This document shows, piece after piece, positions 9,528-19,340 of a DNA stretch of 59,290 bases. The translations under genes and the position numbers were made by a program. The DNA is from a virus. Lineage: Duplodnaviria > Caudoviricetes. A model generated the notes under the pieces. The model saw only the letters and a list, made by a program, of their open reading frames with translations. It ran no database searches and was not told the DNA's origin. The DNA lies in the IMG/VR virus record IMGVR_UViG_3300025789_000042, positions 1-59,290 of that record; one strand, given 5' to 3'. Numbering within the stretch: position 1 is the stretch's first letter; every line of letters begins with the position of its first letter.

Positions 9528-9948
9528 GAGCAAATATCAAGTTGATGGTCGGAGTGAAGCCGACTGTTTCCCGGAAGTTGATCCGGGGTTTCAACCACAA
9601 GGCAACCGAATTTTAGTTCAGTTGCGCAAAGCCAAAGACGTTTCACAGGGCGGCATCATCTTAATCGGTGACACCAAAGCCACAGAGAAATGGAACGAGG
9701 TGATTGCCAAAGTCGTCAAGCATGGGCCTCTGGCCTACAAAGACATCAGCACCATGCAACCATGGCCTGAAGGTCCTTGGGCAAATCCCGGCGATTTGGT
9801 TCGAGTCATCAAGTACGGTGGCGACCGCTGGGCGGTTCCACACGGCGACGGTGAAGTGGTGTTTATCGTTTTGCAAGATCGTGAAGTGATCGGCAAAATT
9901 GATAGTTTTGAAGTAGCACGGACAATGTTCCCTGCATTTGTTGAATAA
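9517..9948 (+). CDS. groES: Co-chaperonin GroES (Cpn10)-like protein
   Basis: PQGNRILV..SQGGIIL..AKVVKHGP..GDLV..KYGG; start at ATG 9517 after GAGG. Confidence 0.85.
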   Translation: MSTESKYQVDGRSEADCFPEVDPGFQPQGNRILVQLRKAKDVSQGGIILIGDTKATEKWNEVIAKVVKHGPLAYKDISTMQPWPEGPWANPGDLVRVIKYGGDRWAVPHGDGEVVFIVLQDREVIGKIDSFEVARTMFPAFVE

Positions 9949-9959
9949 GGACTTTCGAG

Positions 9960-10961
9960 ATGAAAGCAGCAGATAAAACGGCCCAACAGGCTGAAGCAGC
10001 GATTGAAATCAAAGAGCGCGAAGACGGCACCGCTGTCACAACTCTTGAAGATAAAGCAGACCCCTTTGCCGAAGAAAGCAAAGAAAATACCGAAGGCAAT
10101 CCAACCCCCAATGAAGAGGTTGTGGATGCAGCCGACGACCATGAACTCAATGACGCGGAAGATGACGAAGAACGTGAAGCGATCCGTCAAGCCCGTCGTG
10201 AAGAGCGCAAGCTGAAAAAAGAGCTGGCCAAGCAGCGTGAAGCCAGCGCCAAGCACAAGATCAGCGCACTGGAGCGCCGCAATGAAGACTTGGCCCGCCG
10301 TTTGGCAGAGGTCGAAAATGCCGCAGCTGGCTTCCAGTTCGCACAAATCGATCGCCTGATTGAAGACGAGGCCACTCGCGTCGAATACGCGAAGATGAAG
10401 ATGACCCAAGCCGCCCAAGCCGGCGACATGGCATCACAGGTCGAATACATGGAACAATTCCATGAAGCCAAAACAAAATTGGCTCAAGCTCACCAGCTGA
10501 AACAACAGCAAATCGAGCAAGCCAAACGTCCGAAAAACAACGTGCCGAACCCGGCAGCGGACACGGTGCAACGCAACGCATCGAGTTGGTTGAACAAGAA
10601 TTCGTGGTATGACCCAAGTGGTCGTGACACAGATAGCCGCATTGCCAAAGTGATCGACACCGATCTGGCTGCGGAAGGTTGGGACCCAGCAGACCAAGAG
10701 TATTGGGAAGAGCTGGACAACCGATTGAAAGAGCGTTTACCTCATCGGTATACGGGCAAGCAAGGAGAGACGCGCAACCGTCGTGCAGGCACTACAAGTG
10801 GACGAGCTGACGTGAATGGTAGCCCATCGGCTAAGAATACATTCACACTGAGCCGTGAGCGTGTGCAAGCATTGAAGGACGCAGGCATGTGGGATGACCC
10901 TACTAAACGTGCCCGTGCTATCCGCAATTACGCGGAATTCGACCGTAACAACCGTAAGTGA
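9960..10961 (+). CDS. Putative capsid scaffolding protein
   Basis: Acidic N-terminus, long coiled coil, position upstream of capsid genes. Confidence 0.7.
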   Translation: MKAADKTAQQAEAAIEIKEREDGTAVTTLEDKADPFAEESKENTEGNPTPNEEVVDAADDHELNDAEDDEEREAIRQARREERKLKKELAKQREASAKHKISALERRNEDLARRLAEVENAAAGFQFAQIDRLIEDEATRVEYAKMKMTQAAQAGDMASQVEYMEQFHEAKTKLAQAHQLKQQQIEQAKRPKNNVPNPAADTVQRNASSWLNKNSWYDPSGRDTDSRIAKVIDTDLAAEGWDPADQEYWEELDNRLKERLPHRYTGKQGETRNRRAGTTSGRADVNGSPSAKNTFTLSRERVQALKDAGMWDDPTKRARAIRNYAEFDRNNRK

Positions 10962-10971
10962 GGAATAAAAA

Positions 10972-11532
10972 ATGGCCAACAATCGTATCTCTCGTGATTT
11001 AGACGACCGCTTGCAAGGGCGAGTCGATGAAGTATTGGCGCGTCAGGAAACTGGCTCGCCTGATGAAGCAGTGCGTCGAGAAAGGCTGGATGCTTTTCGG
11101 GACAAATGGGCCAACAATGCACTGCCGGACATCCCGAAGGAAACAATTCCCGGGATGCACCTCTGCTGGTTGTCAACGACAAACCAGTACGATTCAATCG
11201 ACAAACGTATGGCATTGGGCTATGAGCCAGTTAAAGCCGCCGAATTAGGCCGAGGCTTTGAAAACTTGGGCAAAATGAGTTCGGGCAAGTTTGAAGGTTG
11301 TGTTTCTTGCAATGAGATGGTTCTCTTTAAACTACCGGAAGACATCTACCAAGAAGTGATGAAGATGTTGCACCTTGAAGACCCGTTGGAACACCAACGC
11401 AATATTACGGCGCAAGTGCGTTCGGCTGCAATCAATGCAGGCAAGGGCGGCAGTTCAATCTTGGAGGGTGGCTTGTTGGAGATGGAGAAAGAAGCCAATC
11501 GAAGTTCCGCAGGTAATCTGCGGTTCCAATAA
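10972..11532 (+). CDS. Head-module hypothetical protein
   Basis: GAGG RBS; lies between scaffold and capsid genes. Confidence 0.7.
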   Translation: MANNRISRDLDDRLQGRVDEVLARQETGSPDEAVRRERLDAFRDKWANNALPDIPKETIPGMHLCWLSTTNQYDSIDKRMALGYEPVKAAELGRGFENLGKMSSGKFEGCVSCNEMVLFKLPEDIYQEVMKMLHLEDPLEHQRNITAQVRSAAINAGKGGSSILEGGLLEMEKEANRSSAGNLRFQ

Positions 11533-11559
11533 ACCAAAAACTAATAGGAACCAAAAAAC

Positions 11560-12153
11560 ATGAGTGCAACTTACGCTCCTTTTGGCCTGAAGCCCGTTTT
11601 CCACCCAAGCGGCATTACTCGCGCAATGAACTACACTGGTGCTTATGACACCAACGCAGTTTTTTACAGCGGTACTGTTGTTTCGTTGAACAACTCTGGC
11701 ACGGCCTCTACTTTGGGTGTTGCTTCCAACACCCCTACATCGAACCAACGTCTCGCTGGCGTGTTCGGTGGTGTTGAATATACTGACGCCTCTGGCCGTC
11801 GTACAGTCAGCAAATGGTTCGGTCCCGCTCTGGGCACCGCTACTAACGTCGTGATGTGGGTATTCATGGACGATCAAATCGTTTATGAAGCACAAGCAAA
11901 CGGCTCCTTGGCCAACACAGCAGTGGGTCAAGAGTTCAATTTGACAGCCAACAGCTCTGGCCAAATCATCGGCAACGGTGGCTTGGGCACCTCACTTGGC
12001 GCTATCGACCCCACAGACGTGGGTGCCGGTGGCCAAGGTCAAATCGAAGTTGTGAACTTGGGTCGTGGCATTGACAACGCATGGGGTGATACATACACCG
12101 TCGTGGAAGTCAAGTTGGCCAATACCAAGTTTGACGCCGTTGATCCAGAATAA
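11560..12153 (+). CDS. Putative capsid cement/decoration protein
   Basis: MSATYAPFGLKP N-terminus; beta-rich; directly upstream of the major capsid gene. Confidence 0.6.
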   Translation: MSATYAPFGLKPVFHPSGITRAMNYTGAYDTNAVFYSGTVVSLNNSGTASTLGVASNTPTSNQRLAGVFGGVEYTDASGRRTVSKWFGPALGTATNVVMWVFMDDQIVYEAQANGSLANTAVGQEFNLTANSSGQIIGNGGLGTSLGAIDPTDVGAGGQGQIEVVNLGRGIDNAWGDTYTVVEVKLANTKFDAVDPE

Positions 12154-12171
12154 TTAGAAAGGACCTAGCAA

Positions 12172-13089
12172 ATGGCAACCCCAATGCGCAGTACGGACTT
12201 TCGTGCAGTAGTCGAACCGATTCTGAACGAAGTCTTTGATGGTGTTTATGAGCAACGTGATGACGAGTGGAAGGGTTTCACAACCCAAATCACCGGTATC
12301 CCCCGTAACTACCATGAAGAAGTGATGCTCTTCGGTATGAATACCGCCCCTGAAATGCCTGACGGCACCCCCGTCTCGTATGATCAAGGTGGTACTTTGT
12401 ACATCACACGATTCATCTACAAAATCTATGGTTTGGCATACGCCTTGACCAAAGTGTTGATGGAAGACGGCGACCATATCCGTATCGGTTCGACCTTCTC
12501 CAAGCACTTGGCTCAATCCATGATTGAAACCAAAGAGACTTTGTGTGCTAACTTGTTGAACTTCGCGTTCACATCCGGCTATGTCGGCGGTGATGGCGTG
12601 ACTTTGGTCAACAGCGCCCACCCAATCTCCCAAGGTCGTAGCTTCAGCAACCAGCTGTCTACCGCTGCCTCGATGTCTCAAACTTCGGTTGAGCAAATGT
12701 TGATTCAGATTCGCTCTGCGATCGACAACAACGGCAAACGTATCCGCCTGAAAGCTGAACAGTTGATCGTTCCCCCAGCCTTGGAATTCCAAGCTGAAGT
12801 GATCTTGAAATCTGTCCTCCGCTCTGGCGGCGCTGACAACGATTTGAACCCGATCAAGTCCACCGGCATGTTGCCTAACGGCGCGCATGTGGTGACTCGT
12901 TTGAGTTCAAGCAAAGCATGGTTCGTCCAAACAAATGCTGAAAACGGTTTGATGTTGGTGATGCGCCGTCCGTTGGAACGCAGCACAGAAGGTGACTTCG
13001 AGACCGATTCTATGCGCTACAAGGCCACCGAGCGTTATGCTACCGGCTGGCACGATGCGCGTAACATCTACGGCACCGCAGGTCTGTAA
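12172..13089 (+). CDS. Major capsid protein (HK97 fold, Mu gpT-like)
   Basis: 305 aa; GGDGVTL..SAHP, LIVPPALEF, GDFETDSMRYKATERY motifs; followed by a terminator. Confidence 0.85.
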   Translation: MATPMRSTDFRAVVEPILNEVFDGVYEQRDDEWKGFTTQITGIPRNYHEEVMLFGMNTAPEMPDGTPVSYDQGGTLYITRFIYKIYGLAYALTKVLMEDGDHIRIGSTFSKHLAQSMIETKETLCANLLNFAFTSGYVGGDGVTLVNSAHPISQGRSFSNQLSTAASMSQTSVEQMLIQIRSAIDNNGKRIRLKAEQLIVPPALEFQAEVILKSVLRSGGADNDLNPIKSTGMLPNGAHVVTRLSSSKAWFVQTNAENGLMLVMRRPLERSTEGDFETDSMRYKATERYATGWHDARNIYGTAGL

Positions 13090-13151
13090 TCAACTTCGGG
13101 CGTAAAGAAGCCCGATTTAACCAAGGCATTCTCGTGAGAGGCAGCCTGTCG

Positions 13152-13179
13152 AAAAGCCCACCCACAAGGTGGGCTTTTT
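13152..13179 (+). terminator. Rho-independent terminator after the capsid gene
   Basis: AAAAGCCCACC-cacaa-GGTGGGCTTTT(T). Confidence 0.85.
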
Positions 13180-13288
13180 GTATTGTGGGATATGGGTTAT
13201 TTAATTTAAGAGGGAAAAGGTTTAGCGGCCCTGTTTGTGCTAGTTCCACAAACTACCTCGTCAATTCAGTCGAACTAGGACACATCAC

Positions 13289-13831
13289 ATGCAAACCAAA
13301 CTTTGCCCCAAGTGCGGGGAAAACCACCCCCTATCGGCGTTCAACAAAGACAAATCAAAACCCTCAGGTCTATGCAGCTATTGCCGCGTGTGCGCGTCAA
13401 AAAACCATAAGTCATGGGTAATCAAAAACCCAGAAAAACCAAAAGAAAACATGCAAAAATGGCTGTCGTGCAACGGGGAGAAAAAGAAAAGCTCAGACAA
13501 AATTTGGAGAGATAACAACAAGGAAAAAATTAGAAAATATTTAGCTGAGTATTACGAAACCAACACGATTGAGTTTTTAGCCCGAGTAAACAAACGAAGA
13601 GCTGCCCGAATACAAAGAACCCCCCGTTGGTTGACGGAAGAACATTACCAGTCAATCAAGGAGATGTATGAAATTGCTCAAATGTTTCGCTTATACACAG
13701 GACAAGAATACCATGTTGACCACATCATTCCTTTGCAAGGCAAAACCGTAAGTGGGCTACATGTGCCTTGGAACCTTCAAATTCTTACTGCCTCAGATAA
13801 CATAGCCAAGGGGGCGAAGTTCACAGGCTAA
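13289..13831 (+). CDS. HNH homing endonuclease
   Basis: N-terminal CPKC/CRVC zinc ribbon; YHVDHIIPLQGKTVSGLHVPWNLQILTASDN. Confidence 0.92.
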   Translation: MQTKLCPKCGENHPLSAFNKDKSKPSGLCSYCRVCASKNHKSWVIKNPEKPKENMQKWLSCNGEKKKSSDKIWRDNNKEKIRKYLAEYYETNTIEFLARVNKRRAARIQRTPRWLTEEHYQSIKEMYEIAQMFRLYTGQEYHVDHIIPLQGKTVSGLHVPWNLQILTASDNIAKGAKFTG

Positions 13832-13850
13832 ATGGGTAGTTCTTTACAGG
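13812..13850 (+). promoter_or_regulatory. Putative phage late promoter, copy 4
   Basis: GGGCGA-N14-ATGGGTAGTTCTTTACAGG. Confidence 0.65.
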
Positions 13851-13913
13851 AGCATCTTAGCTGTGCAGACTATTCTTTAAGCTCCTGAATAGACGCGATG
13901 GCGACGGCACAGC
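13847..13913 (+). ncRNA. Pseudoknotted structured RNA, candidate Mu-gpT-DE-like motif
   Basis: CAGGAGC(13847)/GCTCCTG(13881) crossed with GCTGTGC(13860)/GCACAGC(13907); downstream of a gpT-like capsid gene. Confidence 0.55.
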
Positions 13914-13937
13914 AAAACTTCCCATCAGGAGAAATAA

Positions 13938-14471
13938 ATGTCAGTAACATTCAACACCCCCATCCGCGTTTTTAAACGCAATAATGCAACCAACGACGGC
14001 ACAATCGCCCCAGATAACACTGGTGCAGTGGCAGTCACTCAGCAATCGTACATTGCCCCTATCAGCGCGACTCAAGCCGCTGGCGCTTTGCCCACCTATG
14101 ACTTAGGCCAAACCACAGCGACACCTTTTGTGATCCCCGCTGGTGCAATCATCACCAACGTGAAGTTCTATCAAACCAGCGCTCCCTCAGCGTTGACCGG
14201 TGGCGTGGTCACTGTGAACGTGGCCGGCACTGACGTGGGTACGATCACCCCCACAACTTCTGGCGGTGTGATCACAATCGCGCTCACCAACAGCGCAGCC
14301 GTGGCCGCAGTGCTGGCAAACGTGGGTGTGAATGATGCGACTGTGACCTTCACGGCAACTGCCATCTCTGCCATCACTGGCACTTTGGCCGGCACCTTCA
14401 CTGTGGACTACACATCCCGCAACGCTGACGGCTCGATCACCGCCGTGGGCGCTGGTTACACCAACCAATAA
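13938..14471 (+). CDS. Virion structural protein
   Basis: AGGAG RBS; Thr/Ala-rich beta protein (VIPAGAII). Confidence 0.7.
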   Translation: MSVTFNTPIRVFKRNNATNDGTIAPDNTGAVAVTQQSYIAPISATQAAGALPTYDLGQTTATPFVIPAGAIITNVKFYQTSAPSALTGGVVTVNVAGTDVGTITPTTSGGVITIALTNSAAVAAVLANVGVNDATVTFTATAISAITGTLAGTFTVDYTSRNADGSITAVGAGYTNQ

Positions 14472-14480
14472 GGATAAGAA

Positions 14481-14759
14481 ATGCGTCAAGTAACTGTCGG
14501 CAATAACGTACCCGTGCCCGTCGATCAGTACGTGACGCCTTTCAACGTATCCTACGTTGCTTCTGGCGGCACAGTACAGATCAGCTATTCTGATCCATTC
14601 CCCTTGAATGCGCAAGGGTATCCCATTCCGGGTGCCCCTACGCTTACGTGGGTTAGCGCCCCTGCCAGCCCGATTGTGAATCAACCTTTCCGCGCGATTC
14701 AAATCACTGGCGGCTCCGGCACCGACACACTCACAGTTATTCAAGCTGGAGTGCGCTAA
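14481..14759 (+). CDS. Small structural protein
   Basis: AAGGA RBS; ends IQAGVR. Confidence 0.65.
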   Translation: MRQVTVGNNVPVPVDQYVTPFNVSYVASGGTVQISYSDPFPLNAQGYPIPGAPTLTWVSAPASPIVNQPFRAIQITGGSGTDTLTVIQAGVR

Positions 14760-15154
14760 TGGGCAACGCCTATTTTGGCGGGCTCTATGTAGACACGCTC
14801 GGACAGTCTGTACTGTCCGTAGCGGTTTGCGACCGTTGCAGTCGCAAGATGGCGTACACAATGCTACGCCCCGATCCCAATTCCCCCGGCCTGATGGTTT
14901 GCCCTGACGACTACGATCAATATGATCCGTGGCGTCTTGCTGCGCGTCAGACCGAGACAATCACATTGCGTCACCCACGCCCAGATGTCTCTGTGGCTAT
15001 CCAAGGTAAGGGCAAACCAATCCCGAACGCGCCAAACGTGGCGAACCTCAACGAAGGCCCGGATATGATTGGTACTGGCTCAGACGCATTCACACCAGCA
15101 CTTTACGGCAACGAGACTCCGGTTTCGACTGACGGCGACATCAAAAAGACATAA
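14759..15154 (+). CDS. Hypothetical protein with CxxC motif
   Basis: AVCDRCS...GLMVCPDDYD. Confidence 0.7.
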   Translation: MGNAYFGGLYVDTLGQSVLSVAVCDRCSRKMAYTMLRPDPNSPGLMVCPDDYDQYDPWRLAARQTETITLRHPRPDVSVAIQGKGKPIPNAPNVANLNEGPDMIGTGSDAFTPALYGNETPVSTDGDIKKT

Positions 15155-15157
15155 ACC

Positions 15158-17881
15158 ATGGCAGATATTAGCATCCTGCAACTGCCGCCAACGACTTACG
15201 TTCAGGCGAATGACGTGACAGTCGTGGTGCAAGATGGCATCACGAAGAAGGTTGCTGCGTCCGTATTTCAAAATGGTGTGGTTGGCCCCACAGGCCCTAC
15301 AGGGCCTCAAGGCCCAGCCGGTGTTGCTGGCGCGCCCGGGCCACAAGGCCCACAAGGCAATGCCGGCCCTGCCGGCCCGCAAGGCCCTGCCGGCCCGCAA
15401 GGCCCGCAAGGCGCCGTTGGCGCGCCCGGCGATCAAGGCCCCGTCGGCGCTACAGGTGCGCAAGGACCACAAGGCTTACAAGGCCCGCAAGGTGCGACAG
15501 GCCCAACTGGCCCGCAAGGCCCCGCAGGCGCGGATGGCCAAGATGTCATGGTCAACGTGGGCACCACCACAACTTCTGCGCCCGGCGGCAATGCCAATGT
15601 CATTAACGTCGGCACACCGCAAAACGCGGTATTGAATTTTGTGATCCCCCAAGGGATTCAAGGGCCTACTGGCCCTACAGGCCCACAAGGACCACAAGGC
15701 AACACCGGCACAGCGGCCACAATCGCTGTAGGCACCACAACAACCGGTGCAGCGGGCTCTTCTGCCACTGTGACCAACAGTGGTACATCGTCAGCCGGCG
15801 TTTTCAATTTCACAATCCCCCAAGGGATTCAAGGGCCTACTGGCCCTACAGGCCCACAAGGACCACAAGGCAACACCGGCACAGCGGCCACAATCGCTGT
15901 AGGCACCACAACAACCGGTGCAGCGGGCTCTTCTGCCACTGTGACCAACAGTGGTACATCGTCAGCCGGCGTTTTCAATTTCACAATCCCCCAAGGGATT
16001 CAAGGCATCCAAGGCCCCACTGGCGCGACAGGCGCGGGTGTGCCCACTGGAGGCACGACAGCGCAGGCGCTAGTCAAGATCGATGCGACCAACTATAACA
16101 CGCAGTGGGCCAACATTGTAAATTCAGTGAATGGCTACACTGGCGCGGCCACGTTAAGTTACGCCGACGTGGGCGCACCATCGGTGTCAGGCACCAATGC
16201 CACAGGCACATGGGCAATTGCAATCTCAGGCAATGCAGGCTCTGTAACCAACGGAGTCTATACAACAGGCTCGTATGCCAATCCTGCTTGGATCACATCG
16301 TTGGCCACTACAAAATTGTCGGGGACCATTGCCAACACGCAACTGGCAAATAGCTCGATCACAATCAACAGCAGCTCAGTGAGCCTTGGCGGCTCAACGA
16401 CTGTCACAGCCAACACAACCAATGCGCTGACAATTGGAACTGGCCTGTCGGGCACCAGCTTCAATGGCAGCGCGCCAACCACGGTTGCAATTGCGAACAG
16501 CGGCGTGTCCGCTGGCACATACGGTTCTGCATCCGTGGTGCCAGTGATCACGGTCAATGCGCAAGGCCAAATCACCAGTGTCAGCACACAGCCGACCAAT
16601 GCTCCATCCTACCAAGGCGTTTGGAATGCGAGCACCAACACCCCAACTTTGACATCAAGCGTCGGCACAGCAGGCAACTATTACGTTGTCAACGTGGCTG
16701 GCAACACGACACTCAACGGTGTGTCGGGATGGAACGTGGGCGACTGGGCCATCTTCGAGAACAACGTCTGGCAAAAAGTTCCCGGATCGTCAAGTGAATC
16801 GTTCACCAACCTGACGACCACCAACTTGGCGGTGACTGGACTGACAGGCTTCATGTACGCCAATGGTTCGGGCAACGTCACGGCGGCGTTAACAATCCCG
16901 AACTCGGGCCTGACAAACTCGACCATTTCTGGCGTGTCGCTGGGCTCAAACTTAAATACGCTAACCATTGGCACAGGCTTGTCTGGAACAAGCTACAACG
17001 GTTCGTCAGCAATCACGATTGCAAACACAGGCGTTTTATCATTCAGTGGCGGCACCACGGGGCTAACACCAAACACAGCATCAAGCGGGACCATTGTATT
17101 AGCAGGAACATTGTCTGTCGCCAATGGTGGTTCAGGTGTCACCTCAGCAACAGGCAGCGGCGCGGGCGCCAACCTTGTATTGAGTCAAGCACCTCAGATC
17201 AATTCACCAATCATCACCGCTTACTCGACCACTACAGTGCCTTTGAAAATTCAAGGTTTGAGTGGGCAGTTCACTGAGTTGTTGGATGTGTACACCTATA
17301 ACGGCGGCTCATTGGTTTTCCAGTTAAACAACACGGGAGCCATTTCCGTCGGTACATGGAACGGCAGCACAATTGGTGTTGCTTATGGCGGCACAGGTGT
17401 TACATCATCCAGTGGGGCCAACTCTGTTGTGTTGCGCGACACAAACGCAAATATTGTTTGGAATAACGAAGCTCCCGGGTATTCAGCGATTACATCCGCT
17501 GGCACAGTGACTACACTAACTTCTGCTTCGGCGTATTATCAAAATATCCAAGGCACTCAAACCCAAACTATCAAACTGCCAGCGGAAAATACAGTTGGGA
17601 CAGGCACCGCGTATGTGATCGATAACGATTCGACACAAAACGTCACCGTGACTGACAGCGCCGGCAACACTTTAGCATCCGTCACCCCCGGCATGGCAGG
17701 GTATATTTACTCGACATCAAACAGCGCAGCGACAGGCGGTTGGGCAGGGTATGCGTATGTTCCCGGATCAGGGCCTACAGGAGCGATCACATGGGGCACA
17801 GCAGGGTTAAACTTAGGCGGCGGCACGTTGACAGGATCGACGGGCACATTCACATCGGGCATTTCAGGGGGAACTTTCTAA
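15158..17881 (+). CDS. Tail/head fibre with collagen-like G-X-Y repeats
   Basis: Long GPQ/GPT tracts; Thr/Ser/Gly-rich fibre repeats; ends ISGGTF. Confidence 0.85.
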   Translation: MADISILQLPPTTYVQANDVTVVVQDGITKKVAASVFQNGVVGPTGPTGPQGPAGVAGAPGPQGPQGNAGPAGPQGPAGPQGPQGAVGAPGDQGPVGATGAQGPQGLQGPQGATGPTGPQGPAGADGQDVMVNVGTTTTSAPGGNANVINVGTPQNAVLNFVIPQGIQGPTGPTGPQGPQGNTGTAATIAVGTTTTGAAGSSATVTNSGTSSAGVFNFTIPQGIQGPTGPTGPQGPQGNTGTAATIAVGTTTTGAAGSSATVTNSGTSSAGVFNFTIPQGIQGIQGPTGATGAGVPTGGTTAQALVKIDATNYNTQWANIVNSVNGYTGAATLSYADVGAPSVSGTNATGTWAIAISGNAGSVTNGVYTTGSYANPAWITSLATTKLSGTIANTQLANSSITINSSSVSLGGSTTVTANTTNALTIGTGLSGTSFNGSAPTTVAIANSGVSAGTYGSASVVPVITVNAQGQITSVSTQPTNAPSYQGVWNASTNTPTLTSSVGTAGNYYVVNVAGNTTLNGVSGWNVGDWAIFENNVWQKVPGSSSESFTNLTTTNLAVTGLTGFMYANGSGNVTAALTIPNSGLTNSTISGVSLGSNLNTLTIGTGLSGTSYNGSSAITIANTGVLSFSGGTTGLTPNTASSGTIVLAGTLSVANGGSGVTSATGSGAGANLVLSQAPQINSPIITAYSTTTVPLKIQGLSGQFTELLDVYTYNGGSLVFQLNNTGAISVGTWNGSTIGVAYGGTGVTSSSGANSVVLRDTNANIVWNNEAPGYSAITSAGTVTTLTSASAYYQNIQGTQTQTIKLPAENTVGTGTAYVIDNDSTQNVTVTDSAGNTLASVTPGMAGYIYSTSNSAATGGWAGYAYVPGSGPTGAITWGTAGLNLGGGTLTGSTGTFTSGISGGTF
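15644..16005 (+). repeat. Exact 171-bp tandem duplication (57 aa) within the fibre gene
   Basis: 15644-15814 = 15815-15985, plus a 20-bp partial third copy. Confidence 0.9.
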
Positions 17882-18141
17882 TGGATTCACAGCAAATTTT
17901 TGACGCTTTGTTTGGTGTCATCTGTGTGTTGTTTGGTGCAATCATCAAAGCGATGTGGGACGCAGTGCGCGACCTTAAGACGGACATGAAAGACATTACA
18001 CACAACCTTCATGACAATTTCGTGCGCAAAGATGACTTTAAAGACAGTATGAAAGAAATCAAAGAGATGCTGAGTAAAATCTTTGATAAGCTGGACGACA
18101 AAGTTTCCAAAGACGATTTTCAAAAACACAAAAATGATTAA
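17881..18141 (+). CDS. Membrane-anchored coiled-coil protein (holin/antiholin candidate)
   Basis: [24 protein letters not shown] helix; first gene of the lysis cluster. Confidence 0.6.
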   Translation: MDSQQIFDALFGVICVLFGAIIKAMWDAVRDLKTDMKDITHNLHDNFVRKDDFKDSMKEIKEMLSKIFDKLDDKVSKDDFQKHKND

Positions 18142-18367
18142 GATTCTAAACGACTTATTCACTGGCGCGGACAACGAAACCCAAGACATTGGGCGTTGGT
18201 TCGCAGCTATGTCCGGCGCCGCCGGAGTGTTTTTGCAAGGGTGGTCTGTGATTGTGCATCATGTGCCATTCGACATGCAGTCGTTTGGTGTTGGTGTTGG
18301 CTCCTTGGCAGCCGGTATCGGCGCCATGATCAAACTCAAAGAAAACACCGAACCACATGCTAAGTGA
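18134..18367 (+). CDS. Putative holin
   Basis: 77 aa; two hydrophobic segments; next to spanins and endolysin. Confidence 0.55.
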   Translation: MIKILNDLFTGADNETQDIGRWFAAMSGAAGVFLQGWSVIVHHVPFDMQSFGVGVGSLAAGIGAMIKLKENTEPHAK

Positions 18368-18779
18368 AATCAAAATCTTTGCCGTGATTGCAGCCCTTGT
18401 TGCCTCTTTCTTTGGTGGCATGCACTACTCCGAGCTGGAGTGGGAAGCCAAAATGGCCAAGGCAGATAAAGCGGCGCACACGCAGTACGTTGCCCACGTC
18501 GAGCAAATCGGTTCCCTACAAACAGCTTTGGAGAAAGCCAATGAAGATGCAAAACTTAAAGATGATCAGCTGCGCGCTGCTTTGCGCGCTGGTACTCAGC
18601 GCTTGTACGTCCCTATCGTCACCGCCACAACAAGTGCCACCTCTGAGCCTACAGAAGAAAGAGCCCAACTTGACCCAACGGTTGCAGACGCTCTTGTCAC
18701 CATCGCCCAAGACGGCGACACAGCAATCCGGGAATTGAACATGTGCATCGACGCATACAATACGCTGAGGACAAAATGA
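18357..18779 (+). CDS. rz: Rz-like inner-membrane spanin
   Basis: N-terminal TM, coiled coil, LRAGTQRLYV and GDTAIRELNMC motifs. Confidence 0.8.
   Translation: MLSEIKIFAVIAALVASFFGGMHYSELEWEAKMAKADKAAHTQYVAHVEQIGSLQTALEKANEDAKLKDDQLRAALRAGTQRLYVPIVTATTSATSEPTEERAQLDPTVADALVTIAQDGDTAIRELNMCIDAYNTLRTK
18541..18738 (+). CDS. rz1: Rz1-like outer-membrane lipoprotein spanin embedded in rz (+1 frame)
   Basis: MKMQNLKMISCALLCALVLSA-C lipobox followed by a Pro-rich tail, fully inside rz; exact start uncertain. Confidence 0.75.
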   Translation: MKMQNLKMISCALLCALVLSACTSLSSPPQQVPPLSLQKKEPNLTQRLQTLLSPSPKTATQQSGN

Positions 18780-19291
18780 AACAGAATTTTGATCTATGTT
18801 TGAAAAAATTGCTGCAAGACACGCGAGAAGGCGGCTTCTCAAATAATTCCAAAGACCCCGGCGGCATCACCAACCATGGTGTGACCAAGCGCGTCTGGGA
18901 AGCATGGGCTGGCCACCCTGTCACCGAGCAAGACATGCGCGAACTGACTACCCAGCAAGTGGCACCTCTTTACCACAAAGAATATTGGTCAGCAATCAAA
19001 GGTGACGACCTGCCTGCGGGGTTGGATCACTGTGTATTTGACTGCGCGGTCAACAGCGGCGTGGAGCGCGCCACGCGCTTTTTGCTCCATATCATGGAGC
19101 AACCTCAAGATGGCACGATCAACCCTGACGATTTGATTTCGCTTGAAGGCAAACAGGTGCGGCCATTGATCAACCTCTACTGCGACCTGCGGCAAGGCTT
19201 TTTGGAGACTTTGCCCACGTTTGAAACCTTTGGCAAAGGCTGGACACGGCGAGTCAGCGAAGTCCGGGCCGAAGCCCTGATCATGGCCTGA
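18776..19291 (+). CDS. Endolysin, glycoside hydrolase family 108
   Basis: EGGFSNNSKDPGGITNHGVT, FDCAVNSG, FGKGWTRRV. Confidence 0.92.
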   Translation: MKQNFDLCLKKLLQDTREGGFSNNSKDPGGITNHGVTKRVWEAWAGHPVTEQDMRELTTQQVAPLYHKEYWSAIKGDDLPAGLDHCVFDCAVNSGVERATRFLLHIMEQPQDGTINPDDLISLEGKQVRPLINLYCDLRQGFLETLPTFETFGKGWTRRVSEVRAEALIMA

Positions 19292-19293
19292 TT

Positions 19294-19332
19294 GGGCGAA
19301 AAACACCCCTCTGATGGGTAATTATCTATAGG
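19294..19332 (+). promoter_or_regulatory. Putative phage late promoter, copy 5
   Basis: GGGCGA-N14-ATGGGTAATTATCTATAGG. Confidence 0.7.
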
Positions 19333-19340
19333 AGAGTTAC

